NCBI GenBank assembly: GCA_047495785.1
Contig: JBLDXI010000003.1
Span: 2,976,001 to 3,040,000 of the forward strand
DNA length: 64,000 bases
Origin: Lepidodermella squamata
Lineage: Eukaryota > Animalia > Gastrotricha
Direction: 5' to 3'
Shown here: positions 23,417-35,848 of the stretch, piece after piece
Numbering within the stretch: the stretch's first letter is position 1
Layout: each line of letters opens with the position of its first letter
Program-made: the position numbers and the translations under genes
Notes under the pieces: model-generated
What the model was told of the DNA's origin: nothing
What the model saw: only the letters and a program-made list of their open reading frames with translations
Databases searched by the model: none

Positions 23417-23904
23417 CTATGCCAGTTCTACAATTAGTGTCACTGCTGCAGAAGCAAGTAAAACTACAAAAACGACTATGCAAATTGCGATTTTGATGCA
23501 TTTGTCTTCAGAAGGGCTGCTACCAAGTTCGCCCTGTGTGAATGGATTAACGACAACGGGTTCTCTAACTCGGCTGGCGAACTCGATCACAGTGCGAGCA
23601 TTGGCTTGACTCGGAGGCACTTGCGTCACATTGTAGGATGGCGGTGGTTCAAAAACTCGAAGTTCAAAATGATTCACGCTATTAGTAATTGGATGATCGT
23701 TGCTGTAGGTCGGTGGAAGTGTCGATCCTGTGGGCGGAGCCTCGGCTGGTGGCGGAATCGAGTCATTGCCAATAATAATAGCGTCTGTTGCAGCCACGGG
23801 TATTGAAACATAAGCAGGAGGCAAAGACCGAGGCTCGCTAAAAAGCAATAAGCACTCATGCTTATTTTAGATTCTAGATCGAAACTGTAACATTACTTGT
23901 CCAT
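23417..23904 (-). CDS. Subfamily-A PPxY tail-anchored protein
   Basis: 8-nt first exon ATGGACAA|gtaatg; LPPAY, LPPTY and PPPSY; DKCIK then a C-terminal TM. Confidence 0.85.
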
Positions 23905-24117
23905 CGAATGATTGGCTGATGAGGTTGACAGGGATTCTTCTACAAGGTAGAAAGCCAAGGGGATCTTGCTTTTGAATTACTAAAGTAAGAACGCGTGGGC
24001 TGTGCTGGATTTATCCCGTTGATACGCATGGAATGATAACGATTCAAAGCAGAAACCAAGCGGACTCTCTCTGATAAAAGACCGTTGCAACCTGCCACAG
24101 TTCAAGATAGAACTCTA

Positions 24118-24513
24118 CAGAGTTGTTCACGGTTTTTACCGCAGTTTTTACCGGTTTTTACCAGGTTTTTATTTTTGCCCGCAATTTCAACCGAAAAACA
24201 CCGCCGCCTGAAAGAACGATTTCCGGACTTCAAACCTGTCTATGCGAATTTAAGTCTATGCTTAATCGTATTTAACTACTCATCAGGCGACCTATGTCCG
24301 TAACCTTATATTGTTGGTGCGTCGAAGATTTAGCGGAAAAAACCAGCGGATAGGCTGAGTAAATAGAGATAAACAAGAGATTTTATTTGTTAAAACCTGC
24401 TAAATCTCGGTTTTTGTAGGGTCGGTTTTTTTGAAGTAAAAACTGCGGTATAAACCAGGCGGAAATGGTAAATACGGTAGAAAAAATAAAAACTCGGTGA
24501 ATGAACCACCTTG
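24118..24513. mobile_element. hAT-like MITE
   Basis: Termini cagagttgttca / tgaaccaccttg; 8-bp TSD gaactcta/gaaatcta (7/8); aaaacc subrepeats; empty site gaaaacta in the paralog at ~26137. Confidence 0.75.
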
Positions 24514-24977
24514 GAAATCTAGGACCTAATAGAGCTGACAAAACGCTTATGAGGCCACGGAAGTTCGATTAAAGGCTGAAACTAGAACAATCGAACCTTT
24601 GACCGTAATTACGACTTGAGACCTAACTGAGGTACCAGCGGAAAGCTCTCCCTTGGTTTGGATTTAGATGGATTTGGATCGCTCCGGTTGGGCCTGGCAG
24701 CTGACTTGACGTCACATCAATTCACTAGAAGTATCAAAGTTGATTCTTTCTTATAAAAGAGCGAAATCCGAAATCGAAGATGATAAAAAGGAACCTTGGT
24801 TTGAGTATTCTCAAAATGATATGAACTGAACTGAACATGTTGGAAAGGCTAGAGATGCATCCTCGGAATTGTATCATTTTCAATGGGGAACATATTTGTT
24901 ACCCCACCCAAATGATTGAAACGAGCCGGAGATATGCATATCGTCAACGTGGCTAATGGATCCGAGACAATATTTTA

Positions 24978-25192
24978 TTAGAATGTAACGATACCTAATA
25001 TTACGATTGTGATTATAGCCAAAATTATTATAGCCATTAAGCCTATAACGCAATACTTTTTCCTTTGATAGTTTCACTCGAACCACGGCAACCTAGATGC
25101 TTGAATGGTCGCAGCCTCTTGCGGAGTAATAACCCGGCTTTCGATTGCTTCGTTATTTCAGTAACGAACCCTAGATCAGGTGAATGAACTTG
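24978..25192 (-). pseudogene. Internally deleted copy of the 26495 (subfamily-B) gene
   Basis: TM-coding end and exon-1 sequence (ttcagtaacgaaccctagatcaggtgaatgaacttga) are directly fused; the PY-coding middle is missing. Confidence 0.8.
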
Positions 25193-25433
25193 ACTGCCGC
25201 ACCTTTTAATCGTGGTGCGATTGTGACTGATTAGCGGTTCGATAGCTGGAATCTTACAGACGTGTTGCTTTCAGTTTTATAGCAATTTAGCATGCCGGCG
25301 GAAATTCTAGGCTACCGCGAGGCGCGAGAGAACCCAGGATACTTTCCAGGTTATTTTTCATTTCAAATCTCGAGCCAACATTTTTCGATAATTTAATCTG
25401 ATATCGGATGAAATTCAAAGCTTTATGCGAAAT

Positions 25434-25933
25434 TCATATATCCAGTTCAACAATTAGTGTCACTGCTGTAGAAACAAGTAAAACTACAAAAACAACAAAG
25501 CCAATTGCAATTTTCTCGCATTTGTCTTTACAAGGGCTGCTTGGACTGGAATTGAGACCAAATTCGCCCTGTGTGATGGATTAACGACAACGGGTTCTCT
25601 AACTTGGCTGGCAAACTCTTCGATCATATTTCGAGCATTAGCTTGACTTGGAGGAGTCTCGTTGTAGGATGGTGGTGGTTCAAAAACCCTGAGTTCAACA
25701 TGATTCGCGGGAATGGTAATTGGACGATCGATGCTGTAGGTAGGTGGAAGTGTTGATCCTGTGGGCGGAGCCTCGGCTGGAGGCGGAATTGAATCATTGC
25801 CAATAGCAGGAACGTCTGTTGTAGCCACGGGTATGGAAACATAAGCTGGAGGCAGAGACCGAGGCGGCTCGCTACAAAGCAATAAAAACCCTCAGGCTGA
25901 TCCAAGATCGAAGGCAGAAAATTACTTTTCCAT
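25434..25933 (-). pseudogene. Subfamily-A PPxY gene with a 1-bp deletion at ~25577
   Basis: NPFTQG of the 23417 paralog reads AAT CCA TC ACA CAG; the TM (EKIAIGFVVFVVLLVSTAVTLIVELDI*) lies in the shifted frame. Confidence 0.78.
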
Positions 25934-26494
25934 CGAAAAATTGCTCGATGAAGTTGACGTGGGTTCTTGTACAGGCTGGAGAGCAAGAAGTGTTGCCGCT
26001 ATCAAATTACTAAAATGAGAAAGTGTTTTAAGCTGGACTTATCCCTAGGAGAAGTGGAATATGGAATGATAACGATGCACAGCAGAAGCCAAGCGACTTA
26101 AATCTGATAAGACTGCTGGAACCACACTTCAAGATAGAAAACTAGGATTCAGCAGTTTTAAGTTCGCAATGCAAGAGCTGCTAAAATTTTATTTAAAGCT
26201 GAAACAAAAAATCAATAGTCGAACCTTTGATTCTTCAACCGGACCTAATTGAGGTAATCGCTGAAAGTTTTTTATTAGCTTGGACTAGGTATGACTGGGT
26301 TTGTTTCAATGGTTGACTTGATATCACTCCAAGCAAAAAAATTGATCCTTCCTTATAACTTATAACAACGAAATAGACGAAGAAATGGACGACACAACAT
26401 CATGGTTAGAAGACCTGGAATCTTCTGATTATAATAGGATGAGTCTGAAATGTGCATTATCGCCAAAACGAAAATATGAGACAATAATAGTTTA

Positions 26495-26994
26495 TTAGGA
26501 TGTAACGATACCAAATATTGCGATTGTAAATATAGCCGAAATTGTTATAGCTATCAAGCCTATAACGCAATACTTTTTCCGTTGAGGGTTTCTCTCGAAC
26601 CACGGCAATCTAGCTGCTTGAATGGTCGCAGCCTCTTGCGGGGTAATAACCCGGCTTTCGATTGCATCGTTATGCCGACTTAGCTCCACTGTGAAAGAAG
26701 CTACCTGGTTCGTGATATCTAATGACTCGTATGAAGGCAATTGACGCGCCGATTCTGGCGGAGGCTCGAGACTCAGCAGTTGAGGTGGGCTTGCAGCTGG
26801 GGGTGGTAAAGAATCGAGAGGCTCCGTGACCAATCTTCCTGGTACCAGCGAAGTATAGGCTGGTGGCAGAGAAACACCATTATCCCTCAATCTGTGATGC
26901 GCCGAAATATCAATAAGAATTATTAGTCATACCTTTCAGTAACGAACCCTAGATCAGGTGAATGAACTTGAGGATCAGGTTCCGGATCTTCCAT
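26495..26994 (-). CDS. Subfamily-B PPxY tail-anchored protein (exons 26994-26933, 26891-26495)
   Basis: MEDPEPDP...; LPPAYTSL and LPSYESL; RKKYC then a C-terminal TM. Confidence 0.85.
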
Positions 26995-27199
26995 AGTAAA
27001 GCTCAACAAAAGAAACAAGCTAATGCTGGTTACCGCTATCACTTAGTTTTATGATAAGGCGTCTAGTTTGAGATAAAACCCCGCTTTTGCAACTACATCG
27101 ATTCATGATGGTCGGAAAAGGGTCAAATTGTTTATTCAACTCAAGCAAGCCAAATCAAGTGATTAGTCATCTTATGATTTACAAATATGGATCTTTTGC

Positions 27200-27606
27200 T
27201 CAATAGTAGTAAACCGAGAAGAAAACAGCGTTGAACCCAACGACGAGAATGATAAGGAAAGCTGCAAACAAACGCCAACAGTAATAACTCGAATGAACGT
27301 GTCGCGTGGTGATCACGCGCGTATTGCAGTGGTTGGGTTCCACGATCATGTAAACCGGCTGGCCGTCGCTTCCGATGACAGAGGTCGGGACAATGGCACT
27401 GCTGACTGGGTTGGCGGATATCGACATTGGGCTGGCGTAAGCAGCATATGGGTCGATGTTGTTGTAATCTGGCGGCTTTTCGGGGGTAAAACCGAAGTTG
27501 GTAGCACCAGCAGAAGGTGCTGCCTGGCCGTAATTATACGACGGGGGTTGATCACTAAAATCATTGAGTAAAAAGAATCCTCTCTCAAACAAAATTCTTA
27601 CCTCAT
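27200..27606 (-). CDS. PPxY tail-anchored protein (5-nt first exon 27606-27602)
   Basis: MSDQPPSY...KPPDYNNI...YYCWR then TM LFAAFLIILVVGFNAVFFSVYYY*. Confidence 0.82.
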
Positions 27607-27680
27607 GATGAATTCACTTGTGAGTGATAAAGCTCTATTTAAATTCTAGGAAATAAATTCACAAATCAAATCTTGAACAT

Positions 27681-28103
27681 TTAGGCTAACATGGCAGAAA
27701 TAAGTATGATCACAAATATCAAGAATAAAGACAACAAAATAATACTGATAACTCTCTTTCGTTTTCTTCTATGTTCTTCCATTTCACGAGCTATAATATC
27801 ACTATGAGGATGATGGCTGCCAGCATGCTGCTCTACGACTAGATAGACAGGTCCAGCTTGTTGAGGTTGCTGGCTCACTGCACCGTAAGAAATTGTTGGT
27901 GAAAATACTGCAGCGGTGTTTGCTGGGGAGTAAGAAGGGGGTAACTCCGCAGCCAATTGATCCGGCCTTGCATAGCCTGGGCTCATTGCCTGTGAGGGAG
28001 TGTAAGCTGGTGGCAACGATTGGCCATCAAATCTAATGCGAGCAAATGAGGTCCGAGATATATAGAAGGTTCGACAGCCTTACTGATTAGTGACTGCACT
28101 CAT
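27681..28103 (-). CDS. PPxY tail-anchored protein (20-nt first exon)
   Basis: MSAVTNQFDGQSLPPAY...LPPSY...RRKRKR then a C-terminal TM. Confidence 0.83.
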
Positions 28104-28464
28104 TTTCCTTGAGTATTTTTCGGTTTGGGACCTAATATCAAGAGAAGCGGATTGAGATGCTGCAATTGAAACTCAGCTTATTTGGCAATCTGCGCACTTA
28201 CAGCTATGCTGAAGAAGGTTATGAGTGTGAACAGGTTGCGTTTTATCAGTCCAATTCGCCTTATCGCTTTTCATGAGGCTCTGGCCGATAAAAGAGAATT
28301 CTGAGAAAAATACGTTTCAAAAAACTGTGATTCAGTTGAGCACGATTTTTAGTAGATATTAACCTTTTTGCGGGGTTTCAAAGCGTGAACTCATTCCGAG
28401 AAATACGGTTTCTTGTCTCTTGTCTTAAGCCTTTTATTCAGTTTTAAAATCATAGAATTACTGG

Positions 28465-28719
28465 TTAATGTTTTGGAAAGCAAGTAGCATTGCCGGATCG
28501 CATCATTTTGACCTCATTGTTGCCATTTTCACCAGGATATATTGCTGGAATGAGTTGAGGGTAAGGCTGAGTGTTGATTTCAACGGCATCTTCCCCTTTT
28601 TTGAAGCCAACAGAAGTCGGGTTGAAAACAAGATCTTCAGGGCTGATGTTGTAGACATAGGGTGGCGGAGCATCAGCACCCGTTGAGTGACCGGCAGAGT
28701 TTGCTGAATGAGTTGCCAT
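28465..28719 (-). CDS. PPxY protein lacking a TM (soluble or truncated array member)
   Basis: MATHSAN...APPPY...; stop without a hydrophobic segment; GATA-rich upstream region like its neighbours. Confidence 0.5.
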   Translation of the reverse strand: MATHSANSAGHSTGADAPPPYVYNISPEDLVFNPTSVGFKKGEDAVEINTQPYPQLIPAIYPGENGNNEVKMMRSGNATCFPKH

Positions 28720-28972
28720 TTTCAAAATATTGATTGGAAGTTTTTCGGATCTAAAACGTGCTTAAAAATGAACGTTTTCTTTCGCAATTTAAAAGCTCTT
28801 GATAAAACGCAACTGTGATAAAATTCAGCTGATAAACTCATGCGATGAATAATGACATGAATGATACAGTATAATACACAATTGCCCTATTTAAAGCCTA
28901 ACACCTGATGGTGAATCAGCTATTTAAGGAAATAGTGAATTTTAAGCACGGAAAATATTTTATTATTAGCAT

Positions 28973-29233
28973 CTAGTCAACTACAGCCCAAGCCACACCA
29001 AATACACCGCCAATTATGATGAGGGCTATAATTATTAGCAACGCCCATATCAGAAGTCTGTAATGTCGCATTCTTTTCTTATCTGGGATCGATGCTGGAT
29101 CAGGTTCAGCCAACGTGACTTGCCGAGGGGATGGATACGTTTGATAAATTACGGCATTGCCATCTGGCTTGTAGATAATTGAGCTTTGGCTGTCGAGGGT
29201 CGGTAAATTCTGTCTTCGTGAAGATCTGGTCAT
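28973..29233 (-). CDS. Tail-anchored protein without canonical PPxY
   Basis: Polar N-terminus, KKRMRHYR then TM LLIWALLIIIALIIIGGVFGVAWAVVD*; start uncertain. Confidence 0.6.
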   Translation of the reverse strand: MTRSSRRQNLPTLDSQSSIIYKPDGNAVIYQTYPSPRQVTLAEPDPASIPDKKRMRHYRLLIWALLIIIALIIIGGVFGVAWAVVD

Positions 29234-29536
29234 TCGACTTACAGAAAAATAGCGTGTATAATTGCCATGAAAAGGAACAAACTGAGACGTAAATTCCACC
29301 TTATTAATCGGTCAATAAATGAGCCCACGCGTCAGACCACCGCGTTTGTGATACGTTACAATCGAAATCAACTGGTCGTCGATCCCGGCGTGGGTTGAGC
29401 CAGGGTTTCAACGATAAGGTCCCCCCAGATCGTGGGATAAACGAGGGACGCACGGCGATTTCACACAGTTGTAAGACGTACAAGAACACTGCCAAGCTTT
29501 TTCACCTGAGTCCACTTTATTTATAGAGACAAAACT

Positions 29537-30192
29537 TCACGTGGAAAAAACTACGACTAGAACAGTTACAAAAATAGCAGCGAGAGCTACAATGAACAGC
29601 ATGACACACCATGTCGGCAGGGTACACGTGCATTCGTGACTTTTTAGCGATTTATCAACCTGGTGTTGCTGGTTTTGCTCTGGAATAGGGAGCTGGGCTT
29701 GTCCCGAGTTGATTTTCAAAGAGCTCGATTGTGTATGGCGGACGGTACTCCTTCTCGGGTTCATATTCTGAACGTGCTCGGGGTCCTGGTCGACGGTTCT
29801 CGTGTAGAGAGATCTTCGTTTCGAGTTGGGAGATGGCGAGGCTTCCACCACTGGAACGAATAGATTTTCCTTAGAATTTCCAACCCCAGACTCAGCGTGA
29901 ATGTTTTCCATGCTTATCGAATAGCCGCTGCAGACACGGAGTAGCAACATTTTCTAAAAATGGATCATGCCTTACTTTTTGTCCAAGCCATCTGGAGTTG
30001 GAGGCGGAGTTTCCGTGCCAGGGATGTTTATGTGGACAGAATCTTCCTTATCTCCTGTCGTTTGATTTTTCGTTGTTATTACTTTCAACTCCAAGCCTTC
30101 GCTAGACAGCCAATGGTGAAAGAATACTCATTCAACTACACTGAGTGATATTACCTGTGAGCTTCTTGATTGGCTTCTGCTTCGTCTGTCAT
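29537..30192 (-). CDS. Tail-anchored protein, 3 exons (30192-30155, ~30101-29976, ~29927-29537)
   Basis: Two phase-2 introns give a continuous frame MTDEAEAN...TPPPTP...; CTCTLPTWC then a C-terminal TM. Confidence 0.72.
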
Positions 30193-31102
30193 GTTTTCAA
30201 CCTTGATTGTATCACCAAACCGGAAGAATAGTGTTGTTTGAAAGAAAAAGTTGAGATAAGAAGCTTTTGTCTGTTGGTTTTGCACTTTATCTCAAAGTCC
30301 GAGTGGCGGGTGAGTTGAGGTGCGAACTTGTTTTTGCTACGAAAACACTCATCGGATGGATGTTTTCAACCGGCTCAAAGACCAATCTGGGAATGTTACG
30401 GCCATCAGAGTTGTCCACGGGTTCCGACTGTGGTGGGATGTGGCCAACTAATTGTACCATATCTATTGAATGGCAGCTGTTAGTGAATGGACTTGGGTGA
30501 CTCAGGATGGATATGATACCAAAAGGTCAGCCAAATTTCGTTCCCTGGCAAGATTAAGATCCTCAAGACGTGTCTGTTTCAAAATCTGGACTGGGTCCCG
30601 AATTTTAGACCCGATGATAACTGTGATGGACATAATTCATAGCCCATTCATTGCCATAGCACAAGGGATTTATAGCATTTTTTGCAAGTGATTTTTGCAA
30701 TATTAGGTATTATGTTTTCCCAGGGATTTGAAAATGAAAGATCACAAGGAGAAGCTCATTCTGCTCGACTCAGGGGAAGGTTTGAGGGGAAGTCAGATCT
30801 GTCGCATCAGCAGTAAGTTTCTCAGTCTTATTCAACCCACTCGTCATATGAGCGAGCGGCGAGAGCCAAAAGGTAAGGAATCTTTCAGGAATCCAAATTC
30901 GATTGGAATGCCAAGCTTTGAAGCTTTGAAATCGGTGTTATAAACTTTTGAATAAATCAGCCATGTTATGGATTTGCGATGACCCCAAGAAAATAAGGGC
31001 CACAGCAAAATTCACGTTTTGCATTCAAACTTTATTTCGAAAATACGAAAGAGATTCGTTTTAAATTCATAAAATTGACAAAACATAGCTTCGCAGAAGT
31101 CT

Positions 31103-31527
31103 TCAGTCTGCATAGATTACCAAATAAGCACCGCTAAATGCTATCGCAAGGACAATCAAGACCACTGCAACGAAGCATTTGAACCTCTTGAAGCGTCTTT
31201 CGGCAATATACGCCGTAGTTGAAGCAGCTGTTCGTGATGTGCTCTCGATTGAATCTGAGGCCATGCGGTAGTCACGTGGCATCGGCTGTTGAATGGTTAT
31301 TACATTGTCGAAGTAAGACGGAGGAGGTTCAATGCTGATGCTTGGAATTGAAATCGAATCACTGTAATTCAAATAGTTTAAAGATAATTGAGCTAATTTT
31401 CAAACCACTTTTAATTATCCACCTTAAGAATCTTAGAAAGTTCTATTACTGACCTGTAAGGAATTGGGTCGCCGTAGCTGTGTGTCGACGTTGCGTCATA
31501 AGGTGGCGGCAAGTTGCTCAGCTCCAT
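31103..31527 (-). CDS. PPxY tail-anchored protein (exons 31527-31454, ~31362-31103)
   Basis: MELSNLPPPYD...EPPPSYFDN...RRFKRFKC then a C-terminal TM. Confidence 0.85.
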
Positions 31528-31757
31528 GTTTTTTGACACGTTTCAAACGCAGCTGAATACCTCACGCAGAGTATTTTAAGGTAGTAAAAAAATGTTTTTT
31601 GCATATAACCTGTTTTACTGGCCTCGAGATATCAAATTTGAGATAAGAGTCACAACAAAGTATACAACATAGTGAGCCAAAAAACGTTGATTAATTTAAT
31701 CAGCATTTTCCTACTGTACCGAGCTCTAAAGTATAGCCGGTTGCTGGGAGATTTCTG

Positions 31758-31979
31758 TCACTTGAGGCAGCATCCGATGCATGATCCAATGCATTCGACT
31801 ATGTTGCAGATCAGTAAGCAGCAGTCTGCGCAGCATATAACATTTTCGCAGCAATCCGTACTGCGTGGCTGACTGTGATCATTCGCAACGACAACAACCG
31901 TATTAGGCGCTGTCTGGTAGGAGGCGTCGAAATGCAGAGCGGGAGGTTCTTCCGTTTGAGGTTGCTTCTCCAGACTCAT
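31758..31979 (-). CDS. Small CYSTM-like protein with a Cys-rich C-terminal tail
   Basis: Polar N-terminus, then DCCENVICCADCCLLICNIVECIGSCIGCCLK*; splice acceptor just upstream of the ATG. Confidence 0.7.
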   Translation of the reverse strand: MSLEKQPQTEEPPALHFDASYQTAPNTVVVVANDHSQPRSTDCCENVICCADCCLLICNIVECIGSCIGCCLK

Positions 31980-32788
31980 TGATACCTGAAGAAAGCCTAC
32001 AAGAGGAACAATTGAAAATTATAAGCTTGGCAGCTGGATCTCGGGACGGATGGACCGTATAGACTGTATTGAACCAATAAAGAATTACGATCGTAAAGCA
32101 GTTCAGAAATCGGGGAGGAGGGGGGGGGGTATATAACAAGAAACATGTTTCATGTTTCATAATAGACTTTTTTATCATCCCTTAATACACCGTTAAAAAT
32201 TTAAGTCTAGCCTTACCATTGACTTTGATCACTGTATACTGTATAATTTAGGGGATTGTATTCTCAAAAAAGAGAACAACGCAATAATGCGTAAATAAAC
32301 GGTCGTGATCTGTTTCTTACTTAGCTGAGTCGATGTTCTTCCCGCGTGAATGAACATTTCCTAAAATAGAGCCTCATCACTTGCGGTTTCTAAGAAGAAA
32401 AATACGAGAGAATAATGATGAGTCGAGCCAAAAAGCCTTTTTTGCCTCATTATTATTTCCTTTGCAAAATTGAAAAGAAATTAATCACAAAGGGTGAGTT
32501 TCATCCACTCGCAGAAAAATACTTCTCCATTATATGAAGCTCCATTTTTTAATAATTGCCTGCTGTAAAAGAGCAAAAAGATGATCACGAAAAACTACAA
32601 CTTTGTTCTTTCAGCTGCTTCCAACACGAGATGATCCGACATCCGAGTCTATTGTTGTTATGAGGGAAGATTGTTGTATGTTAATATTCACGTTTTAGCC
32701 TGTATTATAGCGAGGGCAAAGTTCAAACTGGGTGAAATTGATCGATCATATTCCCATCTCCGTAACTTTTGCATCTTCGCAAGTGCAT

Positions 32789-33201
32789 AGAGTAGAAATT
32801 CTTAATTTCGGCCACTTCCTAAATTCGGCCAACGGTCAAAAATTTGGAAACAAAGTGTTGTGCGGCAGGTTTTTGCAAGCAACGCGCGATATTTGCATTG
32901 GTGAATGGTGATCCTATCTCCTATCTGATCCTATCCTATCCTTCAAGCTTCAAGCACGTGATCGCAAGAATGATTATAAATCGGCGAGGGTGCCAGGCGC
33001 CGAATTTCGGCCAGGAGTCTAGGTGACAATAAAATTAGCCATACGTCAAAGTAAAATCGTCCGGACTTGCGAATACCGTCATTCGATAGACCAAGAACTC
33101 CTCTATCATTATGTATTTGCCATATATTTTCTAAAAATGCATCTGGCTGACAAAGTAGGAAAAACCCGAAAGGTGGCCGAATTTAGGGCGGGATGGTCTA
33201 A
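32789..33201. mobile_element. MITE-like repeat (family shared with ~47105-47345)
   Basis: Inverted aatt(t)cggcc / ggccgaa(a)tt ends; shared block aaaattagc.ata..tcaa.gtaaaatcgtccggacttgcg in both copies. Confidence 0.65.
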
Positions 33202-33625
33202 TCAAGGGCAATAGTGGTATTTCAAATCACATTGAAGAATGCATAGAAAAACGATGGTTAGAAACTTTACCAGTAACGAGATTTAGACGAACAACTGAAT
33301 GGGCACATTCAAATGGACTTTTTAATCGATTTCTCTCATGCAATGATTGATATAATTGAAAGGAAATAATAAACAAATGTCAAATTTTAGGCTGAAAAAA
33401 TCGCGAGCAGTAGTCATTGCGTAAGAAATCGTTCCCAATTCTTTCAAAGTTGCCCCGCGCGATCCAGTGACGGCATTGGTTCCGTCGCAAAGAATAAATA
33501 CATGAGAGAAATTTGAAGGCGCCATGTGCAACGTTAAGACGAAAAATGAAACACACCATTAGTCCTCAACGTCCTCCACTGAAGGGGAAATGACTAGAAA
33601 CACGTTAGATCTTTCCTCGTATTAA

Positions 33626-34278
33626 AGGTCTGCGCACATACTCGTATGAAAAAATGTGTATGTGATTTGTAATAAGTTTTTTGCCGGGGTCGTATGTGTT
33701 GGCGAAAAAAAATCGCATACAGACCCGTTCACAAACTGATTTCTTTTCTCCCTGTATGTGATTTTTTTTCCGGCCGAAGAGGCAGCTGAAAAAAATGACC
33801 AACTTCGATGGGGCTCGAACCCCGTCCGCCCGTTGAACAGGCCGGTATGATAGCAAGTGCACTATGTTGCCATCATATTTATCTGTCGCTATAAAAAGGC
33901 TAATTATTGGTTGCTAATATCTATAAAAGCTATTCGCGTTTTCTGGGTCAAGTGCGGGCATGAATCATTAATCTTCGACTTGTTTGTTGACGTTTTCATC
34001 AATGCATTTTTTGCCTTAAAGCCTAATTCATAGGTCACACATTAAGCTTGACGGCTTAGCCATGTCGATATAATTATCGATGTGTGCGAAGTCGTCAAGG
34101 GTTCGATTCGACGTGCCGCCATCCATTTTTTCAGTGGCCTCTTCGGCCAGAAAAAAATCACATACAAGGAGAAAAGAAATCAGTTTGTGAACGGGGGCTG
34201 TATGCTTTTTGCTGTATGTGTATGTGTTTACTCGCATACGCATGAGGAAAAAAAAGAAACGAGTTTGTGGGAAGGCCT
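33626..34278. mobile_element. PIF/Harbinger-like foldback MITE
   Basis: Termini aggtctgcgcacatac / gtttgtgggaaggcct; TAA on both sides; long internal inverted arms 33714-33798 vs 34123-34205. Confidence 0.75.
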
Positions 34279-34426
34279 TAACATTCTTTCCTCAAAACAT
34301 GATGATAATGCTAGAAACACACAGAGGTGTCAGGTGTGTTTCTAGCATCACCACTTGAACAAAACTTTCAGAATTTATTTCAAATTAATTCCAATGTTTG
34401 AAAGACAAGAAACGAGACATTTTACG

Positions 34427-34864
34427 TTAGCTGAAACGAAATAAGTGGCCCGTAATGGCAAGAACAGTCAATAAAGTCACCATCATTACAATAAAAATTA
34501 TCCACAAAAATCTACATTGTGACATGAATTTTTCCCTCACGATGACTGCTGGTTGAAAGGTGTTGTTAAAGTTAACTCGGAAGCCACGAAGTTGGTCCAA
34601 CGTTGGAACTGACACAACGTTGTGATGAACGCTGAACACGCGATAAGACAACGCTAATTGAGCTTGAAATCTGGAACCGCGGTCTCGACGTTGACTGGAC
34701 GGAGTCTCGCTGATAGAACTGACGCCAGAACTTGAGTAATCAACCGAGTAGTTCCTCGCCTGTAAAGATTGCCGAATCAGGGTCACAGGGTCGATGACTG
34801 CTCGGTAACCAGCGGCTGTAACTTGATCTTCATCGTCCTCCGAATTAAAATGGATGTTTGACAT
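34427..34864 (-). CDS. Tail-anchored array member with a degenerate PY motif
   Basis: TAAGYRAVIDPVTLIRQ...AQLALSYR aligns with PPPAYTAIDPVPIIRQ...AEIAFSYR of the 47390 gene; QCR then a C-terminal TM. Confidence 0.72.
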   Translation of the reverse strand: MSNIHFNSEDDEDQVTAAGYRAVIDPVTLIRQSLQARNYSVDYSSSGVSSISETPSSQRRDRGSRFQAQLALSYRVFSVHHNVVSVPTLDQLRGFRVNFNNTFQPAVIVREKFMSQCRFLWIIFIVMMVTLLTVLAITGHLFRFS

Positions 34865-35199
34865 ACGGTGTGTTAGACTGATTCCATTCTACTTCAAAAT
34901 TATTTCCGGACTCAATCATTCATTTCTTATGAGTTTCTGGCAATTGTTCATTAATAATTCCTGATGAATTAAGCGTAGCGGGATCGAGCAAATCATCATG
35001 TAATTGAAGCTGAATATACCCATTTAGCCCCCGGCAAAGACTTGGCAAAAGGAAATGCCTTTCGGCGAGGGTATCGATTTCCAATGAATTTATGTTCAAT
35101 TATTAAGAAATATAATGTTTATTATTTTTAGCATAATATCATCACTTCGCAGGGTTGCAATGAGAAATTATGGCCATTTGGATGACCGGGAAATGTTGA

Positions 35200-35848
35200 T
35201 CAATTATAACTAATGACTACCACGACTATGAAAATCCCGACCATAACTATGAAAATAAACCACAAGAACACCTTGCATCCATTACAATCGCTTTGCTCTT
35301 CTTCCGCACGTCCGTGGAGACTTGTCGAACTGCGGGCATTGTTGTTGCGATCTCGGCTGTTGGACGACGATTGCGCATTGTTTCTGGCGTTAGCTACCCG
35401 CATTTCACGCTGAATATTTTCGCGGACTTCACGCCGCATGGCTGCTTCGAGGTCCCGCCGAATATCAGCCTCGATTTGACGCCGCAAAGTTGCCTCGATC
35501 TGACGCCGCATAGTTATCTCGCTTTGACGGTTTGATGGTGTTACATGCGGAACATGGGGCGGATAAGCAGCCGATGAAGCCGTTACAACGGCCGCCGAGT
35601 TGTTGTTGTATCTGACAGACGGAGTGTTGGCCTGATTCGGCTGTCTAATGACCACAACCGTAGAGCCATCTGCTGAATAAGCCGGGGGTGGTTCCGGAAT
35701 GACATTGCTTATAGGAATAGCCACATGACTTTGCCCAAGATGATCGCTGTGGTATGGCGGCGGTAGTGAGCTTTCCCTAAAATAATTGAAAATGTATCAA
35801 AATCCAGAAAAAGCTCAAGTTAACTTACGCTGATAAATCATTCGTCAT
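35200..35848 (-). CDS. Subfamily-C PPxY tail-anchored protein with a short coiled-coil (20-nt first exon)
   Basis: MTNDLSAESSLPPPY...EPPPAY; RRQIEA repeats; DCNGCK then a C-terminal TM. Confidence 0.86.
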
